64,000 nt of DNA from Octopus sinensis (Eukaryota), in contig NC_043005.1 of NCBI RefSeq assembly GCF_006345805.1, forward strand, positions 70,308,001 to 70,372,000, given 5' to 3'. Positions 26,400-40,133 of this stretch are shown here, piece by piece; positions within the stretch are counted from its first letter, which is position 1, and each line of letters opens with the position of its first letter. The position numbers and the translations under genes are program-made. The notes beneath the pieces are model-generated. The model saw only the letters and a list, made by a program, of their open reading frames with translations, searched no databases and was not told the origin of the DNA.

Positions 26400-28847
26400 T
26401 GACTACAAAAATCTACAAGAACAGGTATGGGAAGACATCTCAATCGCCGACCTAAGGAGGGCACTAACGAAGGCTCATAAGTGGAAATCCCCTGGTATTG
26501 ATAGAGTACCAAATTTCTGGCTCTCATCACTCTCCTCCGCACACAAAATGTTAGTAATACTATTTAATAGTATTATGAAAGACCCCGAAAAAGCACTACA
26601 TTGGATGGCAAATGGTATTACTTACCTCCTCCCCAAAAATAACAAAACGAAAGACCCAAAAAACTACTGTTTATCTACTACCTATAAGATTTTGACATCT
26701 GGAAGAGAATAACCTCTTTCCCACTGAACAAAATGGATGCAGACGAGGTTCATACGGATGCAAAGATCAGCTCCTAATTAATCGCATGATCCTTCAGAAC
26801 TGTCATAACAAGCGCCGAAATCTCAGCTCTTCATGGATTGATTATAAAAAAAGCCTTTGACAGCATACCACTTTCGTGGATTTATAGATTGCTGGACATT
26901 TTCAAAATTTCGCCTGTGATTTCAGATTTTTTAAAGTATAATATATCACTATGGAACACGAAGCTCCAATTATATCATTCTAATGGAGTATTGCACTCAA
27001 ACAACATTAGCATAAACAGTGGAATTTTCCAAGTTGACTCACTTTCACCACTAATTTTCTGCATAGCACTAATACCACTTTCAAGTGAACTGAATAGAAC
27101 AGAATTTGGCTACAAAATTGACAACAAGAAAATAAGCCATCTATTTTATATGGATGACTTAAAGCTATATGGCAAAGATGATGAAGAGCTTGAAGGATTA
27201 TTACATACTGTGAAAGGATTTAGTGATGATATCGGGATGGAGTTTGGCCATGAAAAGTGTGTCAAAGCCACTTTTAAGAATGGGAAATTGGTAAAGTCTA
27301 GTTCAATCGAATTAGATGTCGAAATAGTAATAAAGGAACTTGAGCAGGAACAAATCTATAAATACCTAAATGAAGGCAAGCATGAAAGAGAAGGTTTGAA
27401 AAGAATGTTATAGAAGAGTTCGAGCAGTCCTGATGTCTGAGCTGAATGCATATTATAAGGTTTTAGCCATAAACTCCTTAGCAGTACCAGTTGTTCTTTA
27501 TAGCTTCAACGTTCTTAACTGGAATACCAGTGAGATAATAAAAATTGATCGAAAAAACCGCAAGCTACTGACTTGTAATAAGATGCACCATCCAAAGGCA
27601 GACGTGGATCGCCTTTACCTTCCCAGAGCTCAGGGAGGTCGAGGTTTGATCCAGCTTGAACTTACATACAAAACCACCACAATCGGACTGGCCAAATACC
27701 TTGAAGCAACCAACGATTGGATGCTAAAACTTGTTGAAAAACATGAGAGACCTAAAAAACTTCACTCTATTCTCAAAGAGAGCAAAACATTCGCTGCTGA
27801 TCTCTTACATACCCACCAGATTGAGCAGGCTGAAAGAAATGCGCCAACTGCAGCTGCAAAGAAAATAAAATTAATTGCAAAGACAAAAGCACATGAAAAT
27901 TTAGCTAGCAGATGGGAACAGAAACCTCTCCATGGCAAGTATATGCCCCGTAGCAAACAAGCTGATGTCAACCATAAACATACACACCAATGGTTACGAA
28001 GCTCAGGGCTAAGTGCAGAGAGTGAAGGTTTCATATTAGCTGCTCAAGACCGAAGCTTATTAACCCGGAACTACCAAGCCGATGTGATAAAACATGGAGC
28101 TGACACAAAATGCCGATTCTGTAACGATGAGATTGAAACAATAGACCACATAATCTCAGGGTGTAGAGTCTTAGCACCTACAGAATATAAAGCAAGACAT
28201 GACAGAGTCGGCCAGTATTTACATTGGACAATATGCCGGCATTATAAAATCAAAACCGCTGACAAATGGTATAATCATCATCCTGAAGCTGTGACTGAGG
28301 GAGAAAATGTGTCGATTCTATGGGACTTCCCCGTGCAGACCGACAGGACTATAAAAGCTAATAAACCGGATATTATTATAAAAGATCAGACAAAAAGGAC
28401 GTATTTATTAATTGATATGAGTATTCCCTGTGATTACAATATAGCGGCGAAAGAATTTGACAAGATTAGTAAATATAAAGACCTGCTAATAGAAATTGAA
28501 AAAAAGTGGCATCTCAAGGCGACTACAGTACCAGTGATTGTAGGAACTCTAGGAATAATTACAAAAAGGTACTGAAACCTATTTGAAAATGATTCCAGGG
28601 TTACCATCCCTACAGGAAGTGCAAAAAATCGTATTAACTGGAACGGCTCATGTACTGAGAAGAGCACTATCGCTGCGAAAATAACATTCATCCATGAATT
28701 TATTTAGTTATTAATTTTTAAATACATATTTTATCTTTGAATTTGCGCGTGTAAACTGGAAATGCATACAATGCCCTTCTCTGCCCTAGGTGTATGGAAA
28801 ACACTCGGCGAGAAACGGAAGAAAATTTGAAGAAAGAAGGAAAAAAC

Positions 28848-28849
<2 letters not shown>
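26399..28849 (+). mobile_element. Dong-like element copy D (5'-truncated, related to A)
   Basis: Starts DYKNLQEQVWEDISIADLRRALTKAHKWKSPG. RT YMDDLKLY in 26838-27413; thumb, CCHC and RLE in 27433-28575. The 3' UTR ends ...GAAGGAAAAAACAT then (AAT)n. (TAA)n lies on both sides. Confidence 0.92.
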
Positions 28850-28922
<73 letters not shown>

Positions 28923-28960
28923 TAATAATAATAATAATAATAATATTAATAATAATAATA

Positions 28961-29146
28961 ACACCAGAATTACAAACACATATAACATACAGAAAATTGC
29001 ACTACTGGGCACTGCACACATCCTACGCAATACACTTTCAATACAGTAACCATCAGAGCATCACAACAAATCACAGTACATACCCAAGTCACACAGAGCT
29101 ATGCTCAGTAGTGAAGTGAAAGCAAGCCATAAAAATAAAACTACTG

Positions 29147-29147
<1 letters not shown>
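28961..29147 (+). mobile_element. Dong-like element copy E (about 190-bp 3' tip of a further family)
   Basis: The frame from 28963 reads NIQKIALLGTAHILRNTLSIQ* (compare QKIVLMGTAHILRKILSM in B). It has a distinct 3' UTR and (TAA)n on both sides. Confidence 0.8.
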
Positions 29148-29225
<78 letters not shown>

Positions 29226-29966
29226 TAATGGGGAGGAGGAGGAGGAGCAGCAGAATGACGACGAAGAGATATTCTTTGTATTACTAATGACAAGGCCCAT
29301 ACATATGTGTAATAAAATTTATACCTGAGCAATTACAAATCGAGTGACAAAGGACAAGAAAAGAAATCACATAAAAGTTTGGGAAAACGTAAAGGTGTTA
29401 CAGAAAAACCCCTTCGTGAGGTGAAAGTACATAAACCTTCTTTTCTTTTTGCTCGATCTGGGATGAAATCCTGGACAAAGAAAATGGAATTCCTCGTGAC
29501 ATATCCCTGCTTAACTCGTTCCACCCACACGGTCCTGCTTGTGCACAGGGGTGTCTTGTTGGATGTGGTTTTATTTCTCACGTGTAACTGCATTGTTACA
29601 GTTATCGTTTTTGCTGTTATTGTTTAAGACATTGGCGAACATCGCTCTTAATGATATTAAAGCTATAGATATATTTTCTTTGCGTTATTTTGATACGTTA
29701 TTTTAATAAGTTTTTGCCTCCCTGCTACCTTATTTTTTTTGTTTTGTTTTGTTTTGTCTTCGCTATTGTGTATCTTTGGGCAACGTCAATATCTTTCCGT
29801 CTTTGGGAACGGATCGTGCCTGGCCGATATTTAACATTGAATGCCAGCTAACAAATGGAAATATTGAAATGGCTTCCTTGCCAAATAACGGAAGACAGCC
29901 ATCTGCAATGAGAAAGATAGAAAGCACGTCCGTTCAGTAAAAACTTACTACTACTACTACTACTAC

Positions 29967-30026
<60 letters not shown>

Positions 30027-30043
30027 TGATAATAATAATAATT

Positions 30044-30678
30044 AGCAAACAAGCTGATGTCGACCAGTAACACACGCATCAGTGGATACGAAGGTCAGGG
30101 CTAAAAGCAGATAGTAAAGGTTTCATATTAGCTGCTCAAGACCGAAGCTTATTAACCCGGAACTACCAAGCCAATGTGATAAAAAATGGAGCTGACACAA
30201 AATGCCGATTCTGTAACGATGAGATTGAAACTATAGACCACATAATCTCAGGTTGTAGAGTCTTAGCACCTGTAGAATATAAAGCAAGACATGACATAGT
30301 CGGCCAGTATTTACACTGGACAATATGCCGGCATTATAAAATCAAAACCGCTGACAAATGGCATAAACACCATCCTGAAGCTGTGACTGAGGCAGAAAAT
30401 GTCTCGATTGTATGGGACTGCCCCGTACATACCGACAAAACTATAAACGTAAATAAACCGGATATTATTATAAAAGATCAGACAAAAAAGGTGTGTTTAT
30501 TAATTGACATGTATTCCTTGCGATCACAATATAGCGGTTAAAGAATTCGACAAGATCAGTAAATATAAAGACTTGCTAATAGAAATAGAAACAAATGTGG
30601 CATCTCAAGGCAACGACAAAACCAGTGATTATAGGATCTCTAGGAATGATAAGCAAAGGTACTGAAACCTATCTGAAA
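30044..30678 (+). mobile_element. Dong-like element copy F (internal fragment, close to D)
   Basis: CRFCNDEIETIDHIISGC and RLE start. It begins directly after (TAA)n, and the 3' end is missing. Confidence 0.88.
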
Positions 30679-30849
30679 ACGACCAGATGGAGTTCAAGTC
30701 TACTGGATAAAAAGATTTGGTAAATGTCATGTACGAATAGATGCGCAACTCAACACCTTGTTAAGTGCCAACCAAGTAACACTATAGTGGTCGACAATCG
30801 GTAGGCGGCTAGTTCTGTGCTTGAAAAACATCGGAAAAGGCAATACGGA

Positions 30850-31860
30850 AATTATGGAAATTACTGACTGGAATAGTTGTCAATGTACGGACATCTGGAA
30901 AAAAATAGAAACCCGCCACATGAGCAGAAGGGTTGCAAATGTAAGGGCAGAGGTACTAAGGATCAACTCCCGGTAGATAAAACTATACTTAGAGACTGCA
31001 AGAGGAGGAAAAGTAACTTAGCCATGTCATGGATCGATTATCATAAGGCGTACGATATGATCCCACATTCTGAGATTAAGGAATATATAAACCTTTTTGG
31101 TATTGCATCAAATGTTGAGCGATTGCTTGAAAAAGTATGGCGAAGTGGAGGAATGAAACTGACAGCATATGGAAGACGTTTAGTGACAAATCACTATACA
31201 AACATTTGAGAATGAATGAAACTGAAAATAGGCGGATAAAGAAAAGAATGCATGTACAGTTTTATAGGGGTGTTGTAGATAAGATAGACAGAGAAAAAAG
31301 ACGACAAAAGATGACTAAAATTGATCTAAAACCGGAAACGGAGGATCTAGTCTGTGCTTCCCATGAGCAAGCTTTAAGAACAAATTACATCAAATACAGA
31401 ATAGGCAACACCTCAGAAAGTAATAATGCAGAATTTGTGGAGAAAATGGTGAACCCGGATGACATATTACCAGTCAATATACGCCACTATCCCAGAAAAA
31501 ATATAACAGACGTCATGACAACATAGCAAGGAATGTCCATTGGACACTTTGCAACAACTATTGGCGTGACTGTGCAAAAAAGTGTTACGAACACAAACCG
31601 GAAGGCATCGTCGAAAATGATAATGCAAATATCCTATTGGATTTTATGAGTCAATGCGACCATGAGATAGAGAATAGGAAGCCTGTCAGACTGTTATTTG
31701 AGAAAGAAAGGAAACGATGCTGGATCATAGATATAGCGTGTCCAGCTGACAACAAGGTATGCGATAAGGAAGAAAGAAAAGTCGATAGATATGGTAGGTT
31801 AGCTTGGGAGTTTAAGCAGTTGTGGTCACTGAAAAAGTGGTTGTAGTGTCAATGCTAATG
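30850..31860 (+). mobile_element. R4/Dong-like element copy G (old, divergent family, heavily deleted)
   Basis: [30 protein letters not shown] (RT), LKPETEDLVCASHEQALRTNY and CWIIDIACP (RLE), with deletions and stops. Confidence 0.8.
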
Positions 31861-33946
31861 TTACGAACGTTATGGCTGTTTGTTTCTTGCAAAGAGCAGT
31901 TCATGAGATAAGCTGTTGCTTCGCTTTTGGATCGCTTATTTTTGCGAGCACTAACTTCTTGACTGCTTCATACACTCAAACATTTAGCAAATGATCTTTG
32001 TACACTGTACCAACAATCTAATTGCTTTCCTATTTCTCATCAAATAGAGTTTAGTCCCAAAGTGACTGTATGGTCCAGAGAATCATTTGAAACGTAATAG
32101 CCGCGATAATCGAATGATTACTGCACTTTTATTTTGCATCATGCATAAATTTTTATATGTATGTTGCGGTTAAATAAAACTGATTTGATTTCATTAGTGC
32201 TATTGCGTGTGTAAGATCATCCACATACCGCCTCGTCAGACGATGCCAAGTTCATATTTTACTATAGGTTGTAAAAATGAAAATTGATAGAGCTACAAAA
32301 TGACCAATATCCTACCCTGAAATTAATCCGATAAATTTCTAGTATCTCACGAGCTCCTAAAACACATTCACAAACGCTAAATAAAATTAACAATAATAAG
32401 AAATTTACTAGAATATTGACACACTAGTCTTATTTGAAATCAGAGTGTAGAGGGTTACAGTGGCTTAATAGTGCATTACATTGCATGTATTCTTCTGCTT
32501 AACCTTTCTGCTTGCCAAATATCATATTGATTTTGATAGCCATGAGATTCTTAAAGAAATACCATTTCGGTTTCTTTGCTAGAATTATTTCTACAGTCTT
32601 CTGATGATTCCAACCAAGTAACATCGACCAAATTGTTCTTGATGCATGGAGTGGCACTGCGTCGAATAATTTTTCAGACAATTTTTTACGGTAGAGACAC
32701 ACATTTACATTGGAAGTAAACGTCTAATGAATAGAGCGAAATATATTCTGTTAACGATTGAAGTGTTTGTAGTTATCGATTAGCGGTAGGTAATGGATAA
32801 GGAATAAGAGACACGTTAAGGTGGGAAAAACAAGGAGGAGAAAAAAGGAAAGAGAGTAGTTCTACTGTGCTGCCGTTAATGTGTAAGGGTTCGACGAGTG
32901 AGGGGTAAGAAGCGAGGGCATGAGTATGCGTTCATCTATGCGTGCATGTGTGTAAGAATTTAAGATACACGCTGCTGTGAGGGTTGCTGTTGTTGCTATT
33001 ATTATTAACGGTGGTGGAAGCGATTGTGGTGATGGTGGTGGTGGTGGTAGTGATTGTGATGGTGGTGGAGGGTAGATGAGGTATGTTGGTATAAAAGTGT
33101 GCGTGTGAATAAGACAGAGAGGAAGATGGCGGTAATGATATCATACAAGTTCCTACCTAGAGGCTAAAGTAGAAGGAAAAGAGTTGGAAGAAGGAGAAAC
33201 AGAGGAGGTGAGAAATATCAGGTGTGCTTACGTGTGTGTACGTATGTATGTGCGTGAGTGCGCGTATCTATGCCGTATGTATGCGTCCGAGGCATAGAAA
33301 TTGTAGGCGGAGGTGTAGTAAGTATTGTCACCTTGTAGCAGTTATATATGAGAAAGGAAGATGGTCAGAAATAGAAAGGAGAAAAGACAGAGTAAAGTGA
33401 AGATAAAAGTATTTGCGTGTTTATATTTGTACCTTTGCTTACTAGTAATAGACAGAAAAGAATTGAGTAACAGGTAGAATTATTGAACAATTTCCACCCT
33501 AGGCTGTTACATATGGTGATAATGGACGAAGTAAGTCATAGACAATGAAAATAAAAGAGTGTGTGAGTGGTAGAAGGAGAACACGAAGCATCGTAACAGC
33601 TGTAGCCCTGTAAACATTACATAAGAGATAGAGGTAAAATTAGTGAAAGGGAGGCAGGGAGGAAATTGAAAGGAGATATATGAAAGAATAACAGCTGAGA
33701 GGGAGGTTGTGTGTGAAAGAAAGTGGTAAGTAAAAGCAGATGATTAGGGAGACAAAGTAATTCAAGAGAAGAAATTTGATTGAGAAAAGACAGAGAAAAG
33801 CGGATGAACTACAGACAAATATGAATGAGAGAGACTGAGGTATGATTAGAAACATTGAAACATTTTTAAAAGACAAGAGAAATTTATTCAGCAAAACAGA
33901 GAAACTCCAGGTGGTTGCTAGACCTGCTGGAAATAGCAAATAAATC

Positions 33947-34089
33947 TATTTTTTTACTACCCACAAGGGGCTAAACACAGAGGAGACAAACAAGGACAGA
34001 CAGACGGATTAAGTCGATTACATCGACCCCAGTGTGTAACAGGTACTTAATTTATCGACCCCGAAAGGTTGAAAGGCAAAGTCGACCTC
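33947..34089 (-). mobile_element. SINE family 2, 5'-truncated, with 16-bp TSD
   Basis: Body and 3' end match 8750-8880. AAATAGCAAATAAATC is repeated at 33931-33946 and 34090-34105. Confidence 0.85.
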
Positions 34090-34783
34090 AAATAGCAAAT
34101 AAATCACAGTTACATTGAACTATTCTGTGTTATTTCAAAAAGGGACAAATTGGCAACCTGGTCTCTGATATAGAAATTAGCAGGATGTTCGCGGCTGGGA
34201 TGCTTCTTCATCATAGATATGATCAATCACTATAGTCATAGACCTCTGTAGCAACAAGATCATGCAATATAAGTGGAATATGTTTTTAGAGAGACAAAAA
34301 GGGTGAGATAAAATCTAGTTGAGTGAGAATCAGAATTTGTGAAAAAAAGAAGAGAGCAGTCCGAGTTAGGAAGAGAAGACAAGGAATATCTCTAATGAAG
34401 GTGTGTATATTGGAGAGCGATAAGTGTAATGTGTCAGATGCTTGGTTTTGGGGTCAGCAGAAGGTTATCCGGAATATTGACGAAATATAAAACCAATAAT
34501 GATTGAAACACTTAAACACTTAAAAAAGACATTTCTGCACTAATCCCCATTGAACACATGTTGTTGCTGGAAAACATACATGCGTGCATGCGCCTGTGTG
34601 TGTGTGTGTGTGTGTGTTGGCGGGTGGGTGGGTATGCGAGTGTTGCGTGTGTGTGTACGTGCAAGAAAGTGAGGCGTAAGAGACACACACACATATAAAT
34701 ATATATGTGTGTGTGTGTGTGTATAAACTAGACTAAGTTACGTCCGTATACATGAGTGTATTCAGATATGTGTTGAAACCTTG

Positions 34784-35390
<607 letters not shown>

Positions 35391-36519
35391 TATCACTATT
35401 TGTGTATGTATGAATGTACGTTCGCGTATGCGTTGGTTTGTCCGTGTCTGTGCGTGTGTGCGTGTTTCTGTGTATGTATGTGTGGTGTGTGTGTTCGTGT
35501 GCGCGTTGTTCTTGTTTATGTATGGGTTTATATACATGCTTCTGAGTCTGTTCGAAGTTGCTCGAATTTCGCAAAACCATCTACACCCACCAATTTAAGC
35601 AAAGCCATTCCACTATTGTTTATTACCTATTCGACTGTCAAATCAGCTTTAAACGACATTTCCCTGACAATATATAACCGCAGATATCCTTAATCCTAAA
35701 CCACACTAAATATGACATATCGATTAGTTGAAACATTCGTTATTATCACATGTACAGAATATCAATTTTATTAATTTAATTACAACCAAAAGCCGCTTCC
35801 TTCACAAATGCAACACGTTTGTTACCTATATTCCTATCCCTTTCACAATATACGTATCTTTTTTATTTGTGATTTGAGGGTGTTTTTTTTTTTGCATTTT
35901 CCTCCACTATTTTCTAGGTTTTGCTTTTAGTTCGTTTCCTTTTTCGTTTCAGCGCTCAAGTACTGTTTGTTATTCATCTTCATGAGTAATTGATAGTTTC
36001 ACTCAAATATTTTTTTATTTATTCACTTTTATTCTTCCATTTGCTTTCATCTATTTATCTTTAGTTATCTTCATTTAACTTTGAACCAATAATATTGTCC
36101 TACGAAAGAAGGCGGCGATATCATTTCCCACTATACAAATATAATTTTCCCCCTGTAAACGACACATACACGCACACGCTATGGCGGTCCATTTACCTGA
36201 GTAAACGAGACAACAAAATTTGTGTAGCATCTTAATCATATAAAGTTTAAATGCATATTAATTCAATTTATTTCACGGTGTTCAGAAATATTTCCCTTAA
36301 TTGCATTCACACCTGCGTCACATATTTCTTATATACAAACATTTCCTCTACGCAGACACACACATACGCACATATGTGTGTATATATATATGTGTGTGTG
36401 TGAGTGTGTGTGTGTGTCTGTGTGTGTCTGTGTGTGTCTATGTGCGTGATTAATGAGAGAGACGGAAGATGGAAGATACGAGAAACTTTATTGAACACTA
36501 CAATTGTTTCGACCCATCT

Positions 36520-36770
36520 AACATAGATCTCTCGTAGTTGGGATATTATACAACTGGTTTAGGTATATTCCTTGGTGTAGATGTGTCTTCTCAGGTGATT
36601 TCAAGAGGCATCCCGTTAAAATAAACTCTATTTCGCATGAAGATTTCTTCTTGGTTTTCGTATATGGAAATGGCAAATTATGGTGTACAGCTTTATCCTT
36701 ATACATGATCGATAACTAAGATCAGACACCTAAGGAAACAAACATACAACACTGCGAAAAAAATTATTAC
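36520..36770 (-). repeat. Diverged repeat unit, inverted partner of 37945-38185
   Basis: Shared blocks GAAGAAATCTT, AGAGTTTATTT, CCTCTTGAAAT, GACACATCTACAC and CCTAAACCAGTTGTATA. Confidence 0.75.
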
Positions 36771-37331
36771 AAATAATCGTTCGTAGATTGGATGTACAAA
36801 CGCTCACACATGCGTGGTGTGTCACATGTACACCCGTTCGTACAAACGTATATACAAGAATATAAAACTATGCATTTTGTAGACAAATAAGAAGTTCAGT
36901 AATAAGTTTTCAGAAAGACTATCAAGATGCTTACATACAACTACATGCACTATCGTAGAATACAGAGGGCATGAAGTAGAGAAATTCTTGATTAAACTAA
37001 TAACCACACTTATCTTAACTGTATGGATGAATAACCGCAACCTCCCCATTTTTACAAACACAATGCTACGCTAGTTACCAAAATCACTGAGATGCCTCTT
37101 GGTCATTGTATACAGCTTAAAGCAAGATATATGCTACTTCGTATCTCTCAATACGTATCGCCCACCGTGGGGTGAAAACGCAAAAAACCTACGACTGACT
37201 ACACTGGAGAGCCTAACCCTGGTATTAATGCTTTCTACAGTCTATCGGTTGTTTTATTAGCCGTTCATTCCAAACAAAAAAAACACATTTACTATGTCAG
37301 TATTTATGTCCAAAAACACATTTACTGTGAA

Positions 37332-37664
37332 GGCGCATGGCTCAGTGGTTAGAACGTCGAGCTTACGATCATGACATTATAAGTTCGATTCTTGGACCAT
37401 GCTGCGTGTTATGTTCTTGGGCAAGACACTTTATTTCACGTTGCTCCATTTGACTCAGCTGTAGAAATGAGTTGCGACATCACTGGTGCCAAGCTGTATC
37501 GGCCTTTGCCTTTCCCTTGGATAACATCAGTGGTTTGGAACGTGGAGGCTGGTATGCATGTGCGAGTGTTGGTCTTCCGTAAACAACTTTGCCCGGACTT
37601 GTGCCTCGGAGGGTAACTTTCTAGGCGCAATCCCATAATCATTCATGACCGAGGGGGGGTTCTC
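37332..37664 (+). mobile_element. tRNA-headed SINE family 4 (CORE-like middle)
   Basis: A box TGGCTCAGTGGTTAG and B box GTTCGATTC, then TGTTCTTGGGCAAGACACTT...CTCAGCTGTAGAAATGAG, resembling a CORE domain. A head fragment at 2203-2257 and a degraded copy at 57755-58050 appear related. Confidence 0.7.
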
Positions 37665-37944
37665 ATTTGTGTCCGTATTTATGGTTGAGCAAGTGTTATA
37701 AGCATATCAACGAGACCCAGTGGACCGCACCACAGAAACTATGACTTCTCACCATGCGGTGTCGTATCACTAACCAGTAATAGCCACTGATATTATCAAT
37801 AACTACTTGATTCTGTGTGCGAGCGTACATGGACTAGACCACGCGTGTGTGCTTGTATGTGCATGTGCGTTTGTACAAGCGAGTGAATGTGCGCTAGATC
37901 ACATATTTGTGGGTGCTTGTGCATCAATATCCACGAATAGTTAT

Positions 37945-38185
37945 ATCTAATAATTTCTTCACTGTATCGAGTATTTGTTATGGATCATCTATAAGATGGG
38001 AGCTGTATCCTTCGCATATAGAAATGGCAAATTATTGTCATTTCTATATGCGAAGTCTGAGAAGAAATCTTGGGAAACAGAGTTTATTTCAACGAGATAC
38101 CTCTTGAAATTGCCTTAGGAGACACATCTACACGGAGGGATGCACCTAAACCAGTTGTATAGTATCCCACCCACGATGTATCAAT
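37945..38185 (+). repeat. Diverged repeat unit, inverted partner of 36520-36770
   Basis: See partner. It also contains the hairpin ATATAGAAATGGCAA-ATTA-TTGTCATTTCTATAT. Confidence 0.75.
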
Positions 38186-38397
38186 GATGAGTCGAATCAA
38201 TTGTAGTAAGTGATCAATAAAATTTCTCGTATCTTCTATCCTCCGTCTCACATTAATCACATCTCCTACGAACACTGAGCCAATGAAACTGTTTTACCGG
38301 CAAACTACCAGTTCTATAACATACGATTTATTAACTACTACTACTACTAATAATAATAATAATAATAAATAATAATAATAATAATCATAATAATAAT

Positions 38398-39530
38398 ACC
38401 TATCTAGTACAAAGTACTGGATGCTGTGACTTGTGTGCGAACACGAAAGCAGCAAAAAGCTGCATTCTATTGTCAAGGAAGCTTATAAGTTCGAAAGGGA
38501 ACTAGACATTAACCTTGAATCAGATGAAGAGCCGCAAACTACTGCTACCAAGCAAGCAAAGCGAATCAAGCAGACTGCAAAAAAGAACGGGCAGAATAAA
38601 ATTGAGAGGCGGTGGAGCCAAAAGCCCCTGCATGGACAATATATTCTCCGAAGCCAAAATGCTGGTGTAGACCAAGCAACAACCCATCAGTGGCTGAAGA
38701 GTTCAGGATTGAAAGCAGAGACTGAAGGCTTCATACTGGCAGCACAAGATCAAAGCTTGTTTACCAGAAATTACCAGGCTAGCGTTCTCCGAAACGGTAC
38801 TGACCCTACATGCAGATTCTGCGATACCTTTGACGAAACAATAGACCATCTTGTTTCGGGATGTCCTGTGCTGACACCAAACGAATACAAAAATCGCCAC
38901 GATAGGGTAGAACAGTATATACATTGGAAGATATGTAAACACTACAAATTCGGCACTTCTGCTAACTGGCATGAACATCATCCTCAGCCAGTTGTTGAAA
39001 GTAAAAATGTTACCATCCCCTGGGATTTTCCAGTCAACACTGACAGAACGATCAAGGCTAATCGACCAGACATAATTGTTGAAGACAGGGAAGAAAATAC
39101 CTGCAGACTAATAGAGGTAAGCGTCCCCACTGATAACAATATATCTATAAAGGAATTTGACAAACTTAGTAAATATAAGGGCCTGGAAATCGAAATACAA
39201 AAGATGTGGAATCTTAAAACAAAAACTGTTCCTGTTATTGTAGGTGCCTTAGGTATGATAAAAAAGGGATGTCAGAAATGCCTAGACAATATCCCTGGGG
39301 AACCATGTCTCAAGGAAATCCAAAACATTGTGCTAACAAGTACTGCCCACATCCTTAGAAAAACCCTATCAATGTAAATGTTTGTGTCGTATTACATGGA
39401 GATATTTCTCTACTTCCCCTCCCCAAGCTTTCAGCTATATTTCAACAACTCTTAACCTTCACTTGCCCCAGGGCGCTGGGTGTGCACCGGCAAGTGATTG
39501 CATCAAACATGCAGATTAAAAGTAAATGAC
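38398..39530 (+). mobile_element. Dong-like element copy H (5'-truncated, separate family)
   Basis: Uninterrupted ORF 38433-39377 with CRFCDTFDETIDHLVSGC and NRPDII..LIEVSVP..K..KY. It has its own 3' UTR and (TAA)n on both sides. Confidence 0.92.
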
Positions 39531-39579
<49 letters not shown>

Positions 39580-39585
39580 TTAATA

Positions 39586-40133
39586 GATGCAGTACCAAGC
39601 AGTGGTTTTCGTGGCTTCTCATTTTAACTGATTAGAAGTGTTATCATTTACAGTGTTTTGTCTTGGTATAAAAGATAAGCTACAGCAAATATTCTGCTCA
39701 GTACCACAGATTTGCTTTTCAATTGCTTAACCTTAACCAGTTGAGCGTGTCCCTTTGTTGCTGATGATATGTGCATCTCTGATCACGAGCAGAAGTGGTG
39801 GGGGAGCATGACAGCCCCGTGTTGAGAGAAATTCTTTGGGGTTTGAACAATTCATCTCTGGAAACATGGGTGCTTTGTTCATTATCATTAAACAACACTT
39901 ATATACGGACTACTTGAGTGAGATGGCATACTCGACTTTTAGAAAACTCTAACTGGGACCCACCTGGAAGGTCATGTGATGTTTATCTTCATTGGAGATC
40001 ACCGTGTGGCGTACATATGTTTGTGTTGCATGTGCCTGGTGTACCCTTATCAGACGGGTAGTCATGATAGATATATTAAGCTTCGTATATCTGTACCTCA
40101 GTATCACTAATGGCATGCGCTGCTTTCTCACTC
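39586..40133 (+). mobile_element. Unclassified ~550-bp element, copy 3 (more diverged)
   Basis: GATGCAGTACCAAGCAGTGG...GCTGCTTTCTCACTC. It directly follows the (AAT)n tail of copy H. Confidence 0.8.

Noticed and set aside
29333-29627. GC-richer unique island with overlapping ORFs inside the Dong hotspot
   Set aside because: No convincing splice sites or recognisable peptide on either strand.
32504-32723. 220-nt open frame on the minus strand with possible splice sites
   Set aside because: Weak donor (GTTAAG) and no recognisable motif. Chance is plausible.
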